A stretch of 64,000 bases of DNA, from the NCBI RefSeq assembly GCF_036321535.1, contig NC_087437.1, positions 72,604,001-72,668,000 of the forward strand, in the 5' to 3' direction. Every line of letters starts with the position of its first letter. Position 1 is the stretch's first letter. Positions 61,208-64,000 of this stretch are shown here, one piece after another. The notes beneath the pieces are model-generated. The model had not been told where the DNA came from, made no database searches, and was given only the letters and a program-made list of their open reading frames with translations. A program made the position numbers and the translations under genes. This DNA is from Camelus dromedarius (Eukaryota).

Positions 61208-61234
61208 TGTGTGTGTGTGTGTGTGTGTGTGTGT
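61208..61234. repeat. (TG)n microsatellite
   Basis: Directly visible. Confidence 0.95.
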
Positions 61235-61530
61235 TTCTTTATTTTTCAGTTTTTGGTTATAAGAAAATCATGGCAAAATGATAAATGCTGACTTCACTCT
61301 CTAATTGTTGGAGTAAAATACATAGGGACAGGAAAACAAGTGTTTAAATCCAATTACTATTTAACCACATTTCCCAGATCTTAGGCAGTGGGATTATAAT
61401 TAATATCTGAATTAAAGGAAGCACCTGCCTTAGGCATTGCCCAGTGTAGATTAAATAGGAAAGCATTTATGGAAAGTAGGTTCCATAAATGGAACCTACT
61501 TTCAGGCAAGGGAAAATTAAGATGACTTAC

Positions 61531-61667
61531 TCTGCAGGCGTCTCTCTTGCCTGACAGGACTCCTGCACAGAGCATCCTTGAAGTGATGATCCCATAGGTG
61601 GAAACACAGAGGGTTTGGTCAATGAGCTCTACCTCTGCTTGCTGCAAAACAAGGGAGCCTTTATTGT
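61531..61667 (-). CDS. TMPRSS7: TMPRSS7 penultimate coding exon: (D)NKGSLVLQQAEVELIDQTLCVSTYGIITSRMLCAGVLSGKRDACR
   Basis: tttccag| acceptor, AGA|GTAAGT donor; 137 nt, phase 1-0; MLCAG and the S1-pocket Asp (RDAC) indicate trypsin-like specificity. Confidence 0.96.
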
Positions 61668-61774
61668 CTGGAAAACACAGAGAAGTAGAAATCGTGGCAA
61701 TGATTACATTTACTTTATTAGACAATTTATTCATATTATCTCCTTGTACCTTTCCAATTTTTTAAGGTAAATTC

Positions 61775-61915
61775 TATCATGATCCCCATTTTTCTGATGA
61801 AGAAATGGAGGCTTAGGAGGATAAAGGACTTATCTAAAGGCACACGACTAGCAATTAACAGAGCAGGATTCAGACCCAAGTTGTGACTCAGCCTTCCTAG
61901 CCACTGTGCCATATT
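61775..61915 (-). mobile_element. MIR SINE
   Basis: atccccatttttctgatgaagaaatggaggcttag...gacttatctaaaggcacac..ctag...agagcaggattcagacccaag. Confidence 0.75.
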
Positions 61916-63239
61916 CCTTCACCATGTACCTCCCGCTCTCAGTAGGACTGTGAGTCAGCAACAGTTATTACTGATACTCACTGGTCAAGGGGGCCCCTTA
62001 AGTGGAGCATTATAACTGACAGATGGGAGTCCCCTAGGAACCATAAAAACATAATAGTTTGGATATAGCCCTCTCACATCCTTTTTAACCTGTCTGGCTA
62101 AGATGATTCAGAAAAATCAACTCTCACACACTCATGCTTGTAAACAAAATGTCCCATGATAAACTGGTTGAGTAGACTCTTATCTTTTATAATATATGAT
62201 AATGTCATTAAAGCCCTGAGCCCAGTCCTGTTATGTTATGAATGGTGTTATATATAATTGAGTAGTTTTGCTGCCTTCCCTTGTTGGGACCCATGACCTC
62301 AGCAGGTCCAGACAGGTGGTAAATTTCATGACTTCGATAACTAATTGGAGGCAGTGAGCACTTGAGATGCTACCCATGGTGAATCTTTAGAGAGTCTTTA
62401 GAGACTATCAAAGCGAGGCTAAGGGGAAGGTCAAGAGTTACAGAAAATGTATCTGTCCTAAACCCTTGGAAATGACTGCGAGGGAATCTCAGGTGACTGG
62501 GAGATCAAGGGAAAGCACTGGCACCCATCTTCGGGGAGATGTCCACAAGGTTTTGGATTCTTCTTCTCACTGTATGTTTAGCATCCTAGACATTAAAACC
62601 TTGGCAGGGCAGATATAGAGACTTCCCTACCATACAGTCTGACCTTTGTGCATATGAAAAAGATGCCCCCTTCTGGGTGGACCACTTCTAGGCTAATAAA
62701 AACCCCAGGCCTGAATTTGCAATCTGGGGAGCTAAGGGCAGGCTGGATTTCAGCCCTCACTCTTATTTACTTGGCAGTTGCCCTTCTGAAGGACATATTT
62801 GCATAATCCTCCACACAATTTTCTATGGGTTGACACAGTCAGACGTGTGAGTGTGTGTGTGTGAGAGAGAGGGAGGGTATCCTACTCTTCTTTATGAAAA
62901 TGAGTCTCTTTTTTTGGATGAAAGGAAACCTAAAAATAAGAAGGAATTGCTCTTCTATAGTGAAAACCCTAGCAAACCCCTCAGAGTTTGAAAAGGACCC
63001 ATACTATCTATCCAATCCTGCCTTGCTCGTAAGAAGTGGGTCCCACTTCTTTTGAGCATCAGGGGGAGAATCACGAAACAGGAATTATAATACTCTCCTC
63101 CATTCTACCTCTCAGAGTTGTTAGAAGGTTCAGATGAGACCATATACAAAACTCCTCTCCATGAAGCCCAAAGCACTACATCAACAGCCGTCAGTGTTAT
63201 CTGGAGGGGAAGGGCATGGCCATTCACCGAGACACACAC

Positions 63240-63508
63240 CTGCCTCGTGCCTCCGCCCCCAGCCGGTCACCCAGCACTTCACTCCGCCTCGCACTTTCTG
63301 GCCAGCGGGAGGAATGCATATCGGCTGAATGAGCTGTTTCAGGGTCTCGGGCCAGGCGATACTGAGCTGTAGCAAGGCAATATCGTAGTCAAAGGTCTGG
63401 CTGTTATAGTACTCATGGACCACAATTCTTCTCACTGGGGAGACGAACTTGGCAGTCCCCTGCACATACATCCCAAGGTGCGCGGTCCACGGTGTGGGGT
63501 CGGACAGT
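63240..63508 (-). CDS. TMPRSS7: TMPRSS7 protease-domain exon with the catalytic Asp: LSDPTPWTAHLGMYVQG...FDYDIALLQL...IQPICIP...CWVTGWGRRHEA
   Basis: gcaccag| acceptor, G|GTGTGT donor; 269 nt, phase 2-1; DIALL, PIC.P and CWVTGWG trypsin-family motifs. Upstream exons lie beyond the window. Confidence 0.96.
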
Positions 63509-64000
63509 CTGGTGCAAAAGGAATGAAGAATGAAGTCAGAGGCAGAAGAACCGTACAGGGTTTGGAAACAGAGGAATGAGGGCTGTGGAGAGGGCGGTCT
63601 GACTTTCAGTCCCTATTGCAGTCACTGGCTCTGCCCTGTGGATACAGCAAGAGGCACACTGTCTCGGAGCCTCCCTTGTCGCCTTAATAAACCAGAGATG
63701 AAGTAATGTGTAGTTGGGCCGGTGAACAATAGCTATGTTCCAGAAAATGTCCTCAATGGCATCCTAAGGACACGCTGAAAATTTCCTTGCCACTGTTATT
63801 TCATGAACCACATACGGGTCAAGACTGTTAGTCAAGGAATTAATTTGTTTCATTGTCCCTATTGATGCTGACAGTGGTATTTGATGGAGACAGACAGGGC
63901 CAGTGAGTCAGTGGTTTAGGGATCCTTTTACGAAATTCAAATGACACGAATACCAAGACAGGTTAGAAATCAGTGCTACAAGCAGGAATTTAATGAAATT

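Overview
Mammalian (eutherian) genomic DNA, not a prokaryotic accessory region. The L1 3' ends look cetartiodactyl-like and I recognised no ruminant or pig SINEs, so a camelid is possible, but this is a low-confidence guess. The window matches the conserved SLC9C1-GCSAM-C3orf52-TMPRSS7 block (human 3q13.2). I reconstructed two complete spliced genes by hand with canonical GT-AG junctions and consistent phases: GCSAM/HGAL (+, 6 coding exons, 11206-25046, 177 aa) and C3orf52/TTMP (-, 6 coding exons, 56125-31144, 217 aa, CpG-island promoter). It also holds the last three coding exons of TMPRSS7 (-, 63508-59597) and probably the last two exons of SLC9C1 (+, ~109-3130). The rest is intronic or intergenic DNA rich in L1, L2, MIR, ERV LTR and hAT remnants, and almost all ORFs in the supplied track are spurious. 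I found no convincing new biological system. The best leads are modest: possible alternative polyadenylation removing a miR-155 seed site in GCSAM, in-frame stops or an exitron in the SLC9C1 tail exon, a candidate in-frame cassette exon in C3orf52, and a remodelled GCSAM tyrosine set. Gene and repeat-family names come from recalled sequence and synteny, not database searches; repeat boundaries are approximate.
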